Shown: positions 18,075-27,520, counted from the first letter of the stretch. The stretch is DNA of 64,000 nucleotides from an uncultured Syntrophorhabdus sp. (GCA_964477935.1 CAYZFX010000011.1:3277-67276), one strand, 5' to 3'. A program made the numbers and translations. Notes: generated by a model not told the origin, from the sequence alone.

Positions 18075-19217
18075 CTAAAGGGAGAGGATCGAATGAACCT
18101 TTTCTGTCTGATGGATTTTGGCACCCCTCTGGATCAAGGCCCTAAGAAATTTTTTCGGATCGATGCAACCTTCTGGAGCGACCACTCCTTTGACCGTGAC
18201 ATCCCCAGCGTTCATCATCAGGGCTGCGATTGAGGCGGGAAGTCCTGTCCCCGGAGCCATCCTCCCGGCGATATCGGCGGTGAAGGTCACCTCTTTCCCT
18301 TCTCTCTCTCCCTTGACGATCACCTTCAGGCCCGAGGATTGAGGGCCCCGATCTCGATTGTTGGGGATGGAGTTCCAGAGCTGTAGGGTGAGATCGTAGG
18401 GAGCTACCTTCACCCCTTTGACCTCGATGGGCTCCTTGCTCAGAAAGCCGGTATCCCTCTGCTCCTTGATGAGCTCATCGACCCATGCCGGGATCAGGGC
18501 ACCCTTGATCACCACGTTCTTTACTCCTTTGATGTAACGGGGGATGGTCAGGGGTTGGGGATGGCCGACGTAGCGAACCTTGCAGACGCCGAGGGGGTCG
18601 AGGAACTCGGCCATCTCCTCTCCCGTACCTCCTTCTACATAGACCAGCCTGCCGTCCAGATACTGGGGAATCCTCCCGAGGGTCATGTGGAGGCTGTGAT
18701 CCCAGGCCGCGCCCGAGAGCTCGGCGATGCTCACGACCCAGAAGAGGGCAATGTCATCCACACGGTCGAGCTGATCGGCGAAATATTTAACGATGACGTT
18801 GTTTGTTCCCGGGTCGGAGCCCATCCCCGTAAGGACGGTGATCCCGGCGGCCCGGGCCGCCTGATCGATTTCGGAAGAGAAGAGGATTTCGGTCGCCTCG
18901 TAGTCATCGCAGATATCGATGTAGTTGACCCTCGCCTCCACAGCCGCACGAGCCACGGCGACCGCCGTCTTATAGAAAGGGCCTGCGCAGTTGATGACCA
19001 CATCGACCCCTTGGATGGCCTCGACCATGCCCTGAGGGTCATTCACATCGAGCCTTTTGAGCTCGACCTTCTCACTGGACCGGAGCTTCTCTTGGACCCG
19101 GGCAGGGTCGACATTGATGTCCCCTAAGATCACCTTCTTCAACCGATCCTGCTTGATGAGGTCCCGGGCGACTCCCTGACCCATTCCGCCCGTTCCTCCG
19201 ACGATCAATGCCTGCAT
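18075..19217 (-). CDS. Saccharopine dehydrogenase-family NAD(P)-dependent oxidoreductase (lysine 6-dehydrogenase/CANSDH-like fold)
   Basis: GGTGGMG Rossmann motif, VINCAGPF, YIDICDD, GMGSDPG and HPQPLTIP. Confidence 0.9.
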   Translation of the reverse strand: MQALIVGGTGGMGQGVARDLIKQDRLKKVILGDINVDPARVQEKLRSSEKVELKRLDVNDPQGMVEAIQGVDVVINCAGPFYKTAVAVARAAVEARVNYIDICDDYEATEILFSSEIDQAARAAGITVLTGMGSDPGTNNVIVKYFADQLDRVDDIALFWVVSIAELSGAAWDHSLHMTLGRIPQYLDGRLVYVEGGTGEEMAEFLDPLGVCKVRYVGHPQPLTIPRYIKGVKNVVIKGALIPAWVDELIKEQRDTGFLSKEPIEVKGVKVAPYDLTLQLWNSIPNNRDRGPQSSGLKVIVKGEREGKEVTFTADIAGRMAPGTGLPASIAALMMNAGDVTVKGVVAPEGCIDPKKFLRALIQRGAKIHQTEKVHSILSL

Positions 19218-19265
19218 GCTTGATCTCCTCCTCGCTTTAGGTAGGGGTAAAGGATCTTTCTGTAT

Positions 19266-21554
19266 TCATTTGGTTCCATTCCCCTTCTTTTTCTCTTCGA
19301 TGGCTTTCAGAATCTTATCCGGCGTGATGGGAAACTCATGGAAGAAATAACCGACTGCATTCGAGATGGCCCCGCAGTATGCCTGAGCCGCGCTCATCGC
19401 CACGGACATCCCTGCCTCTTTGGCGCCGTAAGGCCCGTTGGGATCGATCGTCTCGACGATGATATCATTGATCTTCGGCATATCGATGGCGAGGGGGACC
19501 AGATAGCCGAGCTGGGTTGGGTTCAAGACCCTTCCTTCATGCCACTGGAGGAATTCCGTAAGCATTCCGCCCTGTCCTCCCATAGCCACCCCGCCTTCGA
19601 ACTGCCCCTCGATGACCTTCGGATTGAGGGCGTAGCCGACATCCTGGGAGGCGGTCACCTCCAGGACCTCCACCTGGCCCGTTTCGGGATCGACCTTGAC
19701 CTCGCAGATAACCGTGCCGAAGGAGAAGGTCTCCGAAAGCTGACCATAAGGGTTCTTGACCCACTCCCGCTTCCAATCCACTTTGGGCCAGTAAGAACCG
19801 GATCCGCTGATCGACTCATTCCGAGAGAGGGCCATCCGCACCGCCTTGTCAATACTGATTGACTGGTCAGGATTTTTGGTGACGAAGATCTTCCGGTTTC
19901 TTACGCTCAGTTCCTCCTCGGAGACGCCGAGCTCTTCGGCGACGATCCTGTAGAGTTTCTTCTTCACGTCCAGAGCGGCGAGGCGAACGGCATTTCCTCC
20001 GATGAACGTCTCGCACATTGAATAGGATCCCGGGTCGCTCGGGGTAACCTCTGTATCGGCGTTGATGAGCTGGATGTCATCCGGCGTAAGGCCCAGTTCT
20101 TCGGCCACGATCTGAACCACCATATGATCATTGCCCTGGCCGTTGTCCACGATTCCGGTGATCACGGTGGCCCCGCCGTCCTCGTTCAGTTTGATGAAGG
20201 CTTGGGAGCCTCCCCGGATGCCCATGGGAAAACCGGTCTGGACAGAGTTACACCCGATGCCGATGCCATGGTAAGGGGGTAATTTCCCGAACTTCTCGGA
20301 CCAACGGGCCTTCTCTGCCGAACGGAGGATCGTTTCCGTAAGACCACAGCTGGCTACATAGGAGCGGGTCGGCGTCATGTCCCCGGTCTGCCGGGCATTC
20401 CTCAGACGCATGGTCACGGGATCGATGCCCAGTTCTTCGCCGAGCCTATCGAGCTGGAGATCGACCCCGCAGGCGAAGGCCCTTCCATGGGTTCGGAACA
20501 TTCCTCGGATCGGTTTATTCGTGAGCACCCGGTAGCCATTGTAGCGGACGTTCTCCATACGGTAGGCCTGCTCCATGCAGAGAAAGGGGACCGACGTCGC
20601 GATGGGTCCGGTTGAACTGTAAGCCCCACCGTCCATGTAGCAGGTGATGTCCCGGGCGATCACTCTCCCTTCCCGGTCCACACCGGTCTTGATCCGGGTG
20701 ATCATCGAGTGGGCCTGTCGCGTGCAGACCGTATTCTCCTCGCGTGTATAGACAATCTTGACAGGTCTCTGGGATTTCTTCGCCAGCAAGGCGCAGATCA
20801 CGTCGGCGGGAGAGATTTCGGAGCGGCCTCCAAAGGCCCCTCCGATCGTAATCTTGCGGACCCTCACCTTATTGAGAGGCATTTTGAGGACGTTGGAAAG
20901 GGGTTTGGCCTTCAGATGGGGTCCTGCATTGGGCATCCAGATCTCGAGGTTTCCCGCATGGTCGAACTGGGCCACGACCGCATAGGGTTCTCCCTGGAAA
21001 TAGGAGTCCTCAGGGGCCGTGAAGGTATCCTCTCGGACAAGATAGGAGCTGGCAAAGCCTTTTTCGACATCGCCCACATTGATGTGGACGTGAATGTTGA
21101 TGTTGTTGGGGTAGATCTCGTGGAGCTGGGGCGCACCGGGCGCAAGGGCCTCCTCGATCGTGAAGACTGCGGGGAGCACCTCGTAGGTGACCTCGATGAG
21201 CGAGAGCGCCTCGAGGGCCGTATCTTCATCGATGGCCGCTACCGCAGCCACCTCTTCACCGACATAGCGGACCTTATCCGTCGGAAGGAACTGTTGATCC
21301 TGTGTATATTTAAACACCCCCCACTTCTCTCCGGTCGTGTCCTTGGCGGTGACGACCGCTTTGACCCCGGGGAGCTTTTCTGCCCTCGAGGTGTCGATCG
21401 ATATGATCCGTGCATGGGCGTGGGGGGACCTCAGGATCTTTCCCACCAGCATCCTCGGAAGGGAGAGGTCGGCCGTAAAGCGGGCCTCCCCTGTCGCCTT
21501 CGAGATGGTATCGATCCGCTTCATATCCTTGCCGATGTAAGAAAATTTTTCCAT
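19266..21554 (-). CDS. Xanthine-oxidase-family molybdopterin-binding subunit, HcrA-like, with a non-canonical active site
   Basis: ILRSPHAHARI, DKVRY.G..VAAVAA, GGAFGGRSE, DNGQG, ALNP..IEGQ and DPNGPYGAKE. Start set at ATG 21554 after GGAGG. Confidence 0.93.
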   Translation of the reverse strand: MEKFSYIGKDMKRIDTISKATGEARFTADLSLPRMLVGKILRSPHAHARIISIDTSRAEKLPGVKAVVTAKDTTGEKWGVFKYTQDQQFLPTDKVRYVGEEVAAVAAIDEDTALEALSLIEVTYEVLPAVFTIEEALAPGAPQLHEIYPNNINIHVHINVGDVEKGFASSYLVREDTFTAPEDSYFQGEPYAVVAQFDHAGNLEIWMPNAGPHLKAKPLSNVLKMPLNKVRVRKITIGGAFGGRSEISPADVICALLAKKSQRPVKIVYTREENTVCTRQAHSMITRIKTGVDREGRVIARDITCYMDGGAYSSTGPIATSVPFLCMEQAYRMENVRYNGYRVLTNKPIRGMFRTHGRAFACGVDLQLDRLGEELGIDPVTMRLRNARQTGDMTPTRSYVASCGLTETILRSAEKARWSEKFGKLPPYHGIGIGCNSVQTGFPMGIRGGSQAFIKLNEDGGATVITGIVDNGQGNDHMVVQIVAEELGLTPDDIQLINADTEVTPSDPGSYSMCETFIGGNAVRLAALDVKKKLYRIVAEELGVSEEELSVRNRKIFVTKNPDQSISIDKAVRMALSRNESISGSGSYWPKVDWKREWVKNPYGQLSETFSFGTVICEVKVDPETGQVEVLEVTASQDVGYALNPKVIEGQFEGGVAMGGQGGMLTEFLQWHEGRVLNPTQLGYLVPLAIDMPKINDIIVETIDPNGPYGAKEAGMSVAMSAAQAYCGAISNAVGYFFHEFPITPDKILKAIEEKKKGNGTK

Positions 21555-21652
21555 AACCTGCCTCCCCATGCCGAGCGGTTTCAGCCTACCCGATGGGCAC
21601 TAAACTTTTTCTCCCGTCCGCCTCTCTCTCCCTACACCTTTCGTGATGGATC

Positions 21653-22135
21653 TTACGAGACCGTCTCTCCGGCGAGAGACCGGATGGCCTCTACAATTTT
21701 GGCATAGCCGGTACATCGGCAGATGTTTCCGGAGATGGCCTGTCGGATCTCACGTTCGGTCGGGTTTGGGTTCTCTCTCAGAAGGGCGTAGGCGGTGAGG
21801 ATCATGCCGGGACTGCAAAAGCCGCACTGGATGGCATGGTGTTGGATGAAAGCCTCCTGAACAGGGTGGAGGCGATCTCCTTTCCTGAGCCCTTCGATCG
21901 TCGTAATCTCCATTTCCTGGACCGTGGCCGCGAGGGTGAGGCAGGACCTCACGGGGATTCCGTCAATGAGGACGGTACAGGACCCGCAGACTCCTTCCCC
22001 GCAACCCTCCTTCGTCCCTGTGAGATGGAGATCGTTTCGAAGGACGTCGAGGAGCGTCCGGTTGGGAGAGACGAGGAGGTCAAAGACTTCTCGATTGACC
22101 TTCAGGCGAATGGCTCTCTTCTTCATCTCCACCAT
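21653..22135 (-). CDS. 2x[2Fe-2S] subunit of the XO-family molybdoenzyme (HcrC/CoxS-like)
   Basis: GTKEGCGEGVCGSC, QCGFCSPG and NICRCTGY motifs. Confidence 0.96.
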   Translation of the reverse strand: MVEMKKRAIRLKVNREVFDLLVSPNRTLLDVLRNDLHLTGTKEGCGEGVCGSCTVLIDGIPVRSCLTLAATVQEMEITTIEGLRKGDRLHPVQEAFIQHHAIQCGFCSPGMILTAYALLRENPNPTEREIRQAISGNICRCTGYAKIVEAIRSLAGETVS

Positions 22136-22136
22136 G

Positions 22137-23111
22137 TCACGGTCTCCCTTCCATCCTTTCCATGGCCGCTTTCACGGCCCGTTTGGCCAGCACCCCTGCC
22201 ATCTTTCTCCTGTAGGGGCCCGGCATCTGGAGATTATCGATCGCTTCCGCGAGTTCGGAGGCCTTCTGGCCCAGGCTCTCCAGATCGATCTCTCCGGAGA
22301 GGTCATCGATGGGTCTTGGCCCCGCTCCAAAGGCCCCGAGGACGACCCGGCATCGTTCGATCCCTTCCTCCTCCAGGGTTGACACAAAGGCCGCTGCTGA
22401 GGCGATGGGGTAGTCGATGCTTCCCCGAAGGCGGAGTTTCTGGTAGGACGAACCGGACCTGCCTTCTGGATGGGGGAGGATGATCTTCGTGAGCAATTCA
22501 TCAGGTTCGAGGTTGAATGGGGTGATGCCATTGCCAGTAAAAAGGTCCTGCACGGGAATCGTTCGGTTCGAATCCTTCTTTTCGAGAAGACATCGGGCCT
22601 TGAAGGCGAAGAGGACGGGGGCCAAATCGCCCTGATAGACACTGAAACAACGTCTGCTTCCTTTGACTGCGAGGCAGGCATCTCCACCTCTTTTGTGGCA
22701 CCGTTCGAGCCCATCGAGAACCAATCGGGATTGGTTGTAATAGAGGCATCGGGTATTCTGGAGCAGGTTCCCGCCTATGGTCGCCATGTTGAGGATTGTG
22801 GGAGAAGCCACCTGATGGGCCGCTTCGGTGAGGGCTTGAAATTTCCGGGCGAGGAGAGGCGATCGGGCGATCGCTCTCAATCTGGTGTTGGCCCCGATGA
22901 TCGTCTCGCGCTCCCTCACTTCAATGCCTTCCAGCTCCTTAATCTTTCCAAGGCAGACCACGACTTCAGGCTCCATGAGCCCCAACCTCATCCGGTTCAA
23001 AAGGTCTGTTCCCCCTGCCATCACCTTGGCGGTCTCTTTCCGAGCGTGGAGAAGGGCGAGGATCTCTTCGAGGGTCTTGGGCTCAAGGAGTTGAAACGGT
23101 GGAAGTCTCAT
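22137..23111 (-). CDS. FAD-binding subunit with HcrB-type [4Fe-4S] insertion
   Basis: AGGTDL, ATIGGNL, and the RCLYYNQS...CHKRGGDAC...RC..YQGDLAP four-Cys insert. Start set at ATG 23111 (SD AGGAG) because a promoter overlaps the upstream ATG. Confidence 0.93.
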   Translation of the reverse strand: MRLPPFQLLEPKTLEEILALLHARKETAKVMAGGTDLLNRMRLGLMEPEVVVCLGKIKELEGIEVRERETIIGANTRLRAIARSPLLARKFQALTEAAHQVASPTILNMATIGGNLLQNTRCLYYNQSRLVLDGLERCHKRGGDACLAVKGSRRCFSVYQGDLAPVLFAFKARCLLEKKDSNRTIPVQDLFTGNGITPFNLEPDELLTKIILPHPEGRSGSSYQKLRLRGSIDYPIASAAAFVSTLEEEGIERCRVVLGAFGAGPRPIDDLSGEIDLESLGQKASELAEAIDNLQMPGPYRRKMAGVLAKRAVKAAMERMEGRP

Positions 23112-23144
23112 CGGTGTCTCCTGGGCGTGGGGCGGTTTCCTCAT

Positions 23145-23173
23145 TTTATAGGGGTATCCGTTAGCTTTGTCAA
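23145..23173 (-). promoter_or_regulatory. sigma70 promoter P1 of the molybdoenzyme operon
   Basis: TTGACA (23173-23168)-N17-TATAAA (23150-23145). Confidence 0.7.
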
Positions 23174-23265
23174 GGAAACCCCTTGAGGGTTTAGAGAGAG
23201 AAGGGATGAATGGGTTTCTCCTCCGGTTCTATTCGAAAGACCGAATCGATCCGACCCTCTTTTAA

Positions 23266-23300
23266 TGTATACTGTATACAAAATAACCCCTCTTTGTCAA
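23266..23300 (-). promoter_or_regulatory. Upstream promoter P2 overlapped by the perfect palindromic operator TGTATAC-T-GTATACA
   Basis: TTGACA at 23300-23295; the palindrome at 23266-23280 covers the -10 region (TACAGT at N18). Confidence 0.65.
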
Positions 23301-23422
23301 GGAAGAGGATGACCCTTATACGCCTCCCCTTGCGAGGGATATAAAAAACCGCTCGATTCAGGCCTGGACCTCGGTGGAAGAGACACGACGTTGGCTTTCA
23401 GAGAGAAAAATTGGAAAGGACC

Positions 23423-24916
23423 TTAGACTTCAATGATGTTGAACTGTTCCTGATGAAAACCGGGTTTGGCCCTGATGACGATCTTCTTCTTCAATCTCTT
23501 CTCGAGCTCCTCCACTCCGGCCCGTTCTTCCTCGTAAAGGAGATCCACCACATCGGGATTTGCCTCGACCACGATGCTGTGTCCCCCCAGCTCGGAGGCC
23601 GTCCTCTCGATTTCACGGAAGATTTCGTAACAGACCGTCACCTTCGATTTGACATAGCCCGATCCCTCGCAATAGGGGCAAGCCTCTCCGAGCACCCTCA
23701 GGATGCTTTCGCGCGTCCGTTTGCGGGTCATCTCCACCAGCCCCAGTTCCGATATCTTGAAGATGGTGGTTTTCTGGCGGTCCTTCTTGATCGCCTCCTC
23801 AAGGGCTTGATACACCTTCTCCTTATCGCCCTCCCGCTCCATATCGATGAAGTCGATGATGATGATCCCTCCGATGTTACGAATCCTCAATTGATAGGCG
23901 ATCTCCTTGGCGGCCTCAAGGTTCGTCTTCAGGATGGTGTCGGCGAGGTTCCTCTTGCCGACGTAACGGCCTGTATTGACGTCGATGGAGACCATGGCTT
24001 CCGTTTGGTCGATGACGATGTAACCTCCAGACTTCAGCCAGACCTTCCTTTCGAGGATCTTATCGATCTCCACCTCGATGCCGTAGGCATCGAAGATCGG
24101 TTTCTCCTCTCCGTAGAGAAGGACCTCACATCTCTGTTTGGGCATATAGGTGTTGAGGAAGGAGAGGATGTTCTCGTATTCCTCTCTGGAGTCGATGACG
24201 ATCCGGCTGATCTGGGGTGAGAGGAGGTCCCGAATCATCCTCAGGATCAGGGTCAGGTCGCTGTGAATGAGGGTAGGGGCGGAGCTCACCTCCTTCTTCT
24301 TCTGGATGTTGTTCCACACCTTGAGGAGAAATTCGATATCGTTTCGAATCTCCTCTGGCTCGGCACCTTCACTGGCGGTGCGAACGATGATCCCGCCGGA
24401 GGCGGGTTTGATCGATTGAGCAATCTCTCGCAATCGTCTCCGTTCCTTTTCATCCCGGATTCTTCTCGACACACCGATGTGATCGACGGTCGGCATATAG
24501 ACGAGATACCGTCCGGGCAGCGTGATGTGGGAAGTAATTCGGGTCCCTTTGGTCCCGATGGGCTCTTTGGAGACCTGGACCAGGATCTCCTGACCCTCAA
24601 AGAGGAGGTCCTGAATCTGGGTCGAGGGAGGGTTGAGGGAATTGGCCATTTCGATTCCCAGAAAGGCCAGCTCATCATACTCATCCATACCGCTGTAGAC
24701 GTCGGAGACATAGAGGAAAGCAGCTCTTTCGAGACCGATGTCGACAAAGGCGGCCTGCATCCCCGGCAGGACTTTGACGACCTTCCCCTTATAAATATTT
24801 CCGATAATCCCCCGATCCCGGTTCCGTTCGATGTGGAGTTCGGCAAGGACCCGATCTTCAAGAAGGGCCACCCTGGTCTCCTGAGGCGTCACATTAATGA
24901 TGAGTTCATTGGCCAT
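23423..24916 (-). CDS. rng: Ribonuclease G (Rne/Rng family)
   Basis: GNIYKGKV..VLPGMQAAFVDIG, LVQVSKEPIGTKG, IDVNTG and GGIIIIDFIDM motifs. Confidence 0.96.
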   Translation of the reverse strand: MANELIINVTPQETRVALLEDRVLAELHIERNRDRGIIGNIYKGKVVKVLPGMQAAFVDIGLERAAFLYVSDVYSGMDEYDELAFLGIEMANSLNPPSTQIQDLLFEGQEILVQVSKEPIGTKGTRITSHITLPGRYLVYMPTVDHIGVSRRIRDEKERRRLREIAQSIKPASGGIIVRTASEGAEPEEIRNDIEFLLKVWNNIQKKKEVSSAPTLIHSDLTLILRMIRDLLSPQISRIVIDSREEYENILSFLNTYMPKQRCEVLLYGEEKPIFDAYGIEVEIDKILERKVWLKSGGYIVIDQTEAMVSIDVNTGRYVGKRNLADTILKTNLEAAKEIAYQLRIRNIGGIIIIDFIDMEREGDKEKVYQALEEAIKKDRQKTTIFKISELGLVEMTRKRTRESILRVLGEACPYCEGSGYVKSKVTVCYEIFREIERTASELGGHSIVVEANPDVVDLLYEEERAGVEELEKRLKKKIVIRAKPGFHQEQFNIIEV

Positions 24917-24979
24917 TGAGGAACTCCCTGAATCGGCCTCCCATTGTCCGGTTTCGGTCCAGAAAGAGGACGGTTCCTT

Positions 24980-27457
24980 TCATTCCAGTTTCACGATCCG
25001 GCATCGGGCGAGGTCTTCTCCCTTCAACCCCAGCAGGGCCTCGAGGGCCTCCATGGGCTTGACCGTCTTTCCTCCCAGGCTCATGAGCACAAGTTCGATC
25101 ACTGTGGCCTTCTCCGGGTCCTCCCCTGAGGCAGGCTCCATCACCTCGACCCTCTCGATCAAGGGGAGCAGGTCGATCTTCCTTCTCTTCTCCTTTCTTT
25201 CCTGGAGAATGAAGAGCTCCCGGTTCTTCAGGCTCCGGTTCAATGTCGATCGGGCCTCTTCGGCCGTAAGGAGACGATCGAGCGTAATCTGATAGACGGA
25301 TCGATAATCCTGGGAGGGAGAGGAGATCGGGAAGAGGATCTCCTTGGCCTCGGTGATTTCGATCCCTGGGGGTAGGTGCTGATTGAGTTTTGCCATCAAC
25401 TCCCCTGCCCCGATCCTTCCCTCCAGCTCGATGTCCACCCACTCTCTCAAGCTCTCCACGCCCACCGGTAGGGCCCTCTCGAAGATGATCCTTGGCATCG
25501 GATGGAACCCATCGGAGTGGCGAAGAGGGAGGTCAGCCCGTTTGGCAGCCCGGTAAAAAAGGGTCGCCAGTTCCAGATGGCTGACAAATCGAATCTCTCC
25601 CTTTTTTACAAAGGCCAGCCGGAATTTTGTCCTGAGTCTCTTCCTTCGAACTTCCCTCCATCCTTCCTTCCGAGGGGATTGGAGTTGAAGAGGAGGGGCT
25701 TCCCTCAACATGATCTCCTTCCCGTCGCAAAGGCCACAGCGGTGGCAATCGCTTCCCGGACAGGAAGCGCTGACCTCTTCCTTCAAGGCCTTCTGATACT
25801 CCTCCCAGAGGAATTCGGTCCGGATCCCCGTATCGATGAAGGACCAAGGAAGGGGTTCCTCCCGCTCCTTCTTTCGGGTATAGGCGGCCATGTCGAGCCC
25901 CGCCTTCTCAAAGGCTTTTTCCCAGAGATCATAATGGAACTGATCGCTCCAGCCATCGAACCGACACCCAAGCCGGTGGGCTGCGACCAGCACGCTGGAA
26001 AGGTTTCGGTCACCCAAAGCGAAGACCCCTTCGAGGAGGCTGAGCCGTGGGTCTTGCCATTTGAGACGGAGATGTTTCTTCTTCAGGTTCTCCTTTAAAT
26101 AGCGGAGTTTCTCTTTAATCTCCGGAAGGGGAAGGGGCGATTCCCACTGAAAAGGCGTATGGGGTTTGGGCACGAAGGTGGAGACGCTGACGCTGATCTG
26201 GGGGTGGCTTTTCATTCGTTCGCCCTGGGCAGAGATCCTCAGGGATAGATCGAGGATGGCGCGCACATCCTCTTCCCTCTCCGTGGGGAGGCCGATCATA
26301 AAGTAGAGTTTGAGATTTTTCCAGCCCAGGGAGAAGAGGTCCCGGACGCCCTGAAAGAGGAGGTCTTCCTCTAACTCTTTATTGATCACCTTCCGGAGCC
26401 GCTCAGTGGCCGCCTCAGGAGCGATGGTGAAGCCTGTCTTACGAACCCGCTTGATTTCACCGGCGAGACGGCCGACCAGGCTTTCGATTCTCAGGGAAGG
26501 GAGTGACACCGCCACCCGTTTCGACTCGAACCGGTCCATCAGACTCGTAAGGAGTGGGGCGATGGAGGAGTAATCTCCTGCGCTGAGCGATAGGAGGGAG
26601 ATCTCCTCATAGCCTGTCTGTTTCAACCCGGCCTCAAGGATCTTTCGAATCTCGTTCGGATCCCTTTCCCGGTAAGGTCGATAGATAAATCCTGCCTCAC
26701 AGAAGCGGCATCCCCGTTTGCACCCCCGGGCGATCTCCATGCTGAAGCGGTCATGAACCACTCGCATGTAGGGGACGACGGGACAGGTGGGGAAGGGGGC
26801 GAGGTTGAGATCGGCAACGATCCGTTTCTGAACCTTTTGTCCCCTGAAGAGGCTTGGCACATAAACGCCCTTCACCTTCGAGAGGGCCCCCAGGAGGTCA
26901 TCCTTTTTCCCCCGGACCTCTTTCCACGAGAGGACGAGATCGCAGATCTCGAGACTGACCTCTTCCCCGTCACCGATCACCACGGCATCGAGGAAGTCGG
27001 CCACAGGTTCCGGATTGAAGGCGTTGGGCCCTCCGGCAATGACGAGGGGAAACCGTTCGTCCCGATCCTTCGCATAAAGGGGTATGCCCGAAAGGTCGAG
27101 CATGTTGAGGAGATTGGTGAAGCAGAGTTCGTATTGGAGGGAGAAACCGAGGATATCGAATTGAGAAAGGGGGGTGGAGGACTCCAGAGAGGTTAAAGGG
27201 ATCTCCTTCTCTCTCAGAATCTGCTCCATATCGCCCCAGGGAGCAAAGACCCTTTCGCAGGCGATCTCTCTTCTTGCGTTTAAGAGGTGATAGAGAATCT
27301 GAAGGCCAAGGTGGGACATACCCACTTCATAGACATCGGGAAAGGCGAGGCAGAACGTCAATTTCACTTCGGAAGGATCTTTTTCGATGGCATTGATCTC
27401 CCGGCCGAGATATCTGACCGGCTTTGAGACGAGAGGGAGGTAGGTTTTCACAGACAT
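24980..27457 (-). CDS. TIGR03960 B12-binding radical SAM protein fused to TIGR03936 (DUF2344) domain
   Basis: FPDVYEVGMSHLG, RGCKRGCRFC, FVPKPHTPFQW and C-terminal RFVSHL...GFHPMPR. Start set at ATG 27457. Confidence 0.93.
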   Translation of the reverse strand: MSVKTYLPLVSKPVRYLGREINAIEKDPSEVKLTFCLAFPDVYEVGMSHLGLQILYHLLNARREIACERVFAPWGDMEQILREKEIPLTSLESSTPLSQFDILGFSLQYELCFTNLLNMLDLSGIPLYAKDRDERFPLVIAGGPNAFNPEPVADFLDAVVIGDGEEVSLEICDLVLSWKEVRGKKDDLLGALSKVKGVYVPSLFRGQKVQKRIVADLNLAPFPTCPVVPYMRVVHDRFSMEIARGCKRGCRFCEAGFIYRPYRERDPNEIRKILEAGLKQTGYEEISLLSLSAGDYSSIAPLLTSLMDRFESKRVAVSLPSLRIESLVGRLAGEIKRVRKTGFTIAPEAATERLRKVINKELEEDLLFQGVRDLFSLGWKNLKLYFMIGLPTEREEDVRAILDLSLRISAQGERMKSHPQISVSVSTFVPKPHTPFQWESPLPLPEIKEKLRYLKENLKKKHLRLKWQDPRLSLLEGVFALGDRNLSSVLVAAHRLGCRFDGWSDQFHYDLWEKAFEKAGLDMAAYTRKKEREEPLPWSFIDTGIRTEFLWEEYQKALKEEVSASCPGSDCHRCGLCDGKEIMLREAPPLQLQSPRKEGWREVRRKRLRTKFRLAFVKKGEIRFVSHLELATLFYRAAKRADLPLRHSDGFHPMPRIIFERALPVGVESLREWVDIELEGRIGAGELMAKLNQHLPPGIEITEAKEILFPISSPSQDYRSVYQITLDRLLTAEEARSTLNRSLKNRELFILQERKEKRRKIDLLPLIERVEVMEPASGEDPEKATVIELVLMSLGGKTVKPMEALEALLGLKGEDLARCRIVKLE

Positions 27458-27520
27458 CCATCCTAAATCGAAGGGTGAGGCGGGAGAAGCCTCCACGTTT
27501 AACTTTGGCGATTTATTTTT

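Noticed and set aside
20709-21707. 332-aa plus-strand ORF, and the many other 60-270 aa ORFs antisense to or nested in real genes (e.g. 2701-3372, 23411-24220, 36735-37622, 38523-39341, 43304-44101)
   Set aside because: They are shadow frames produced by GC-rich codon bias of the opposite-strand genes, with no motifs and no RBS.
19266-23111. Calling the enzyme xanthine dehydrogenase, CO dehydrogenase or true 4-hydroxybenzoyl-CoA reductase
   Set aside because: There is no CoxL AYxCSFR loop, key HcrA/XDH active-site residues are changed, and no benzoyl-CoA pathway genes are nearby. Only family-level assignment is supportable.
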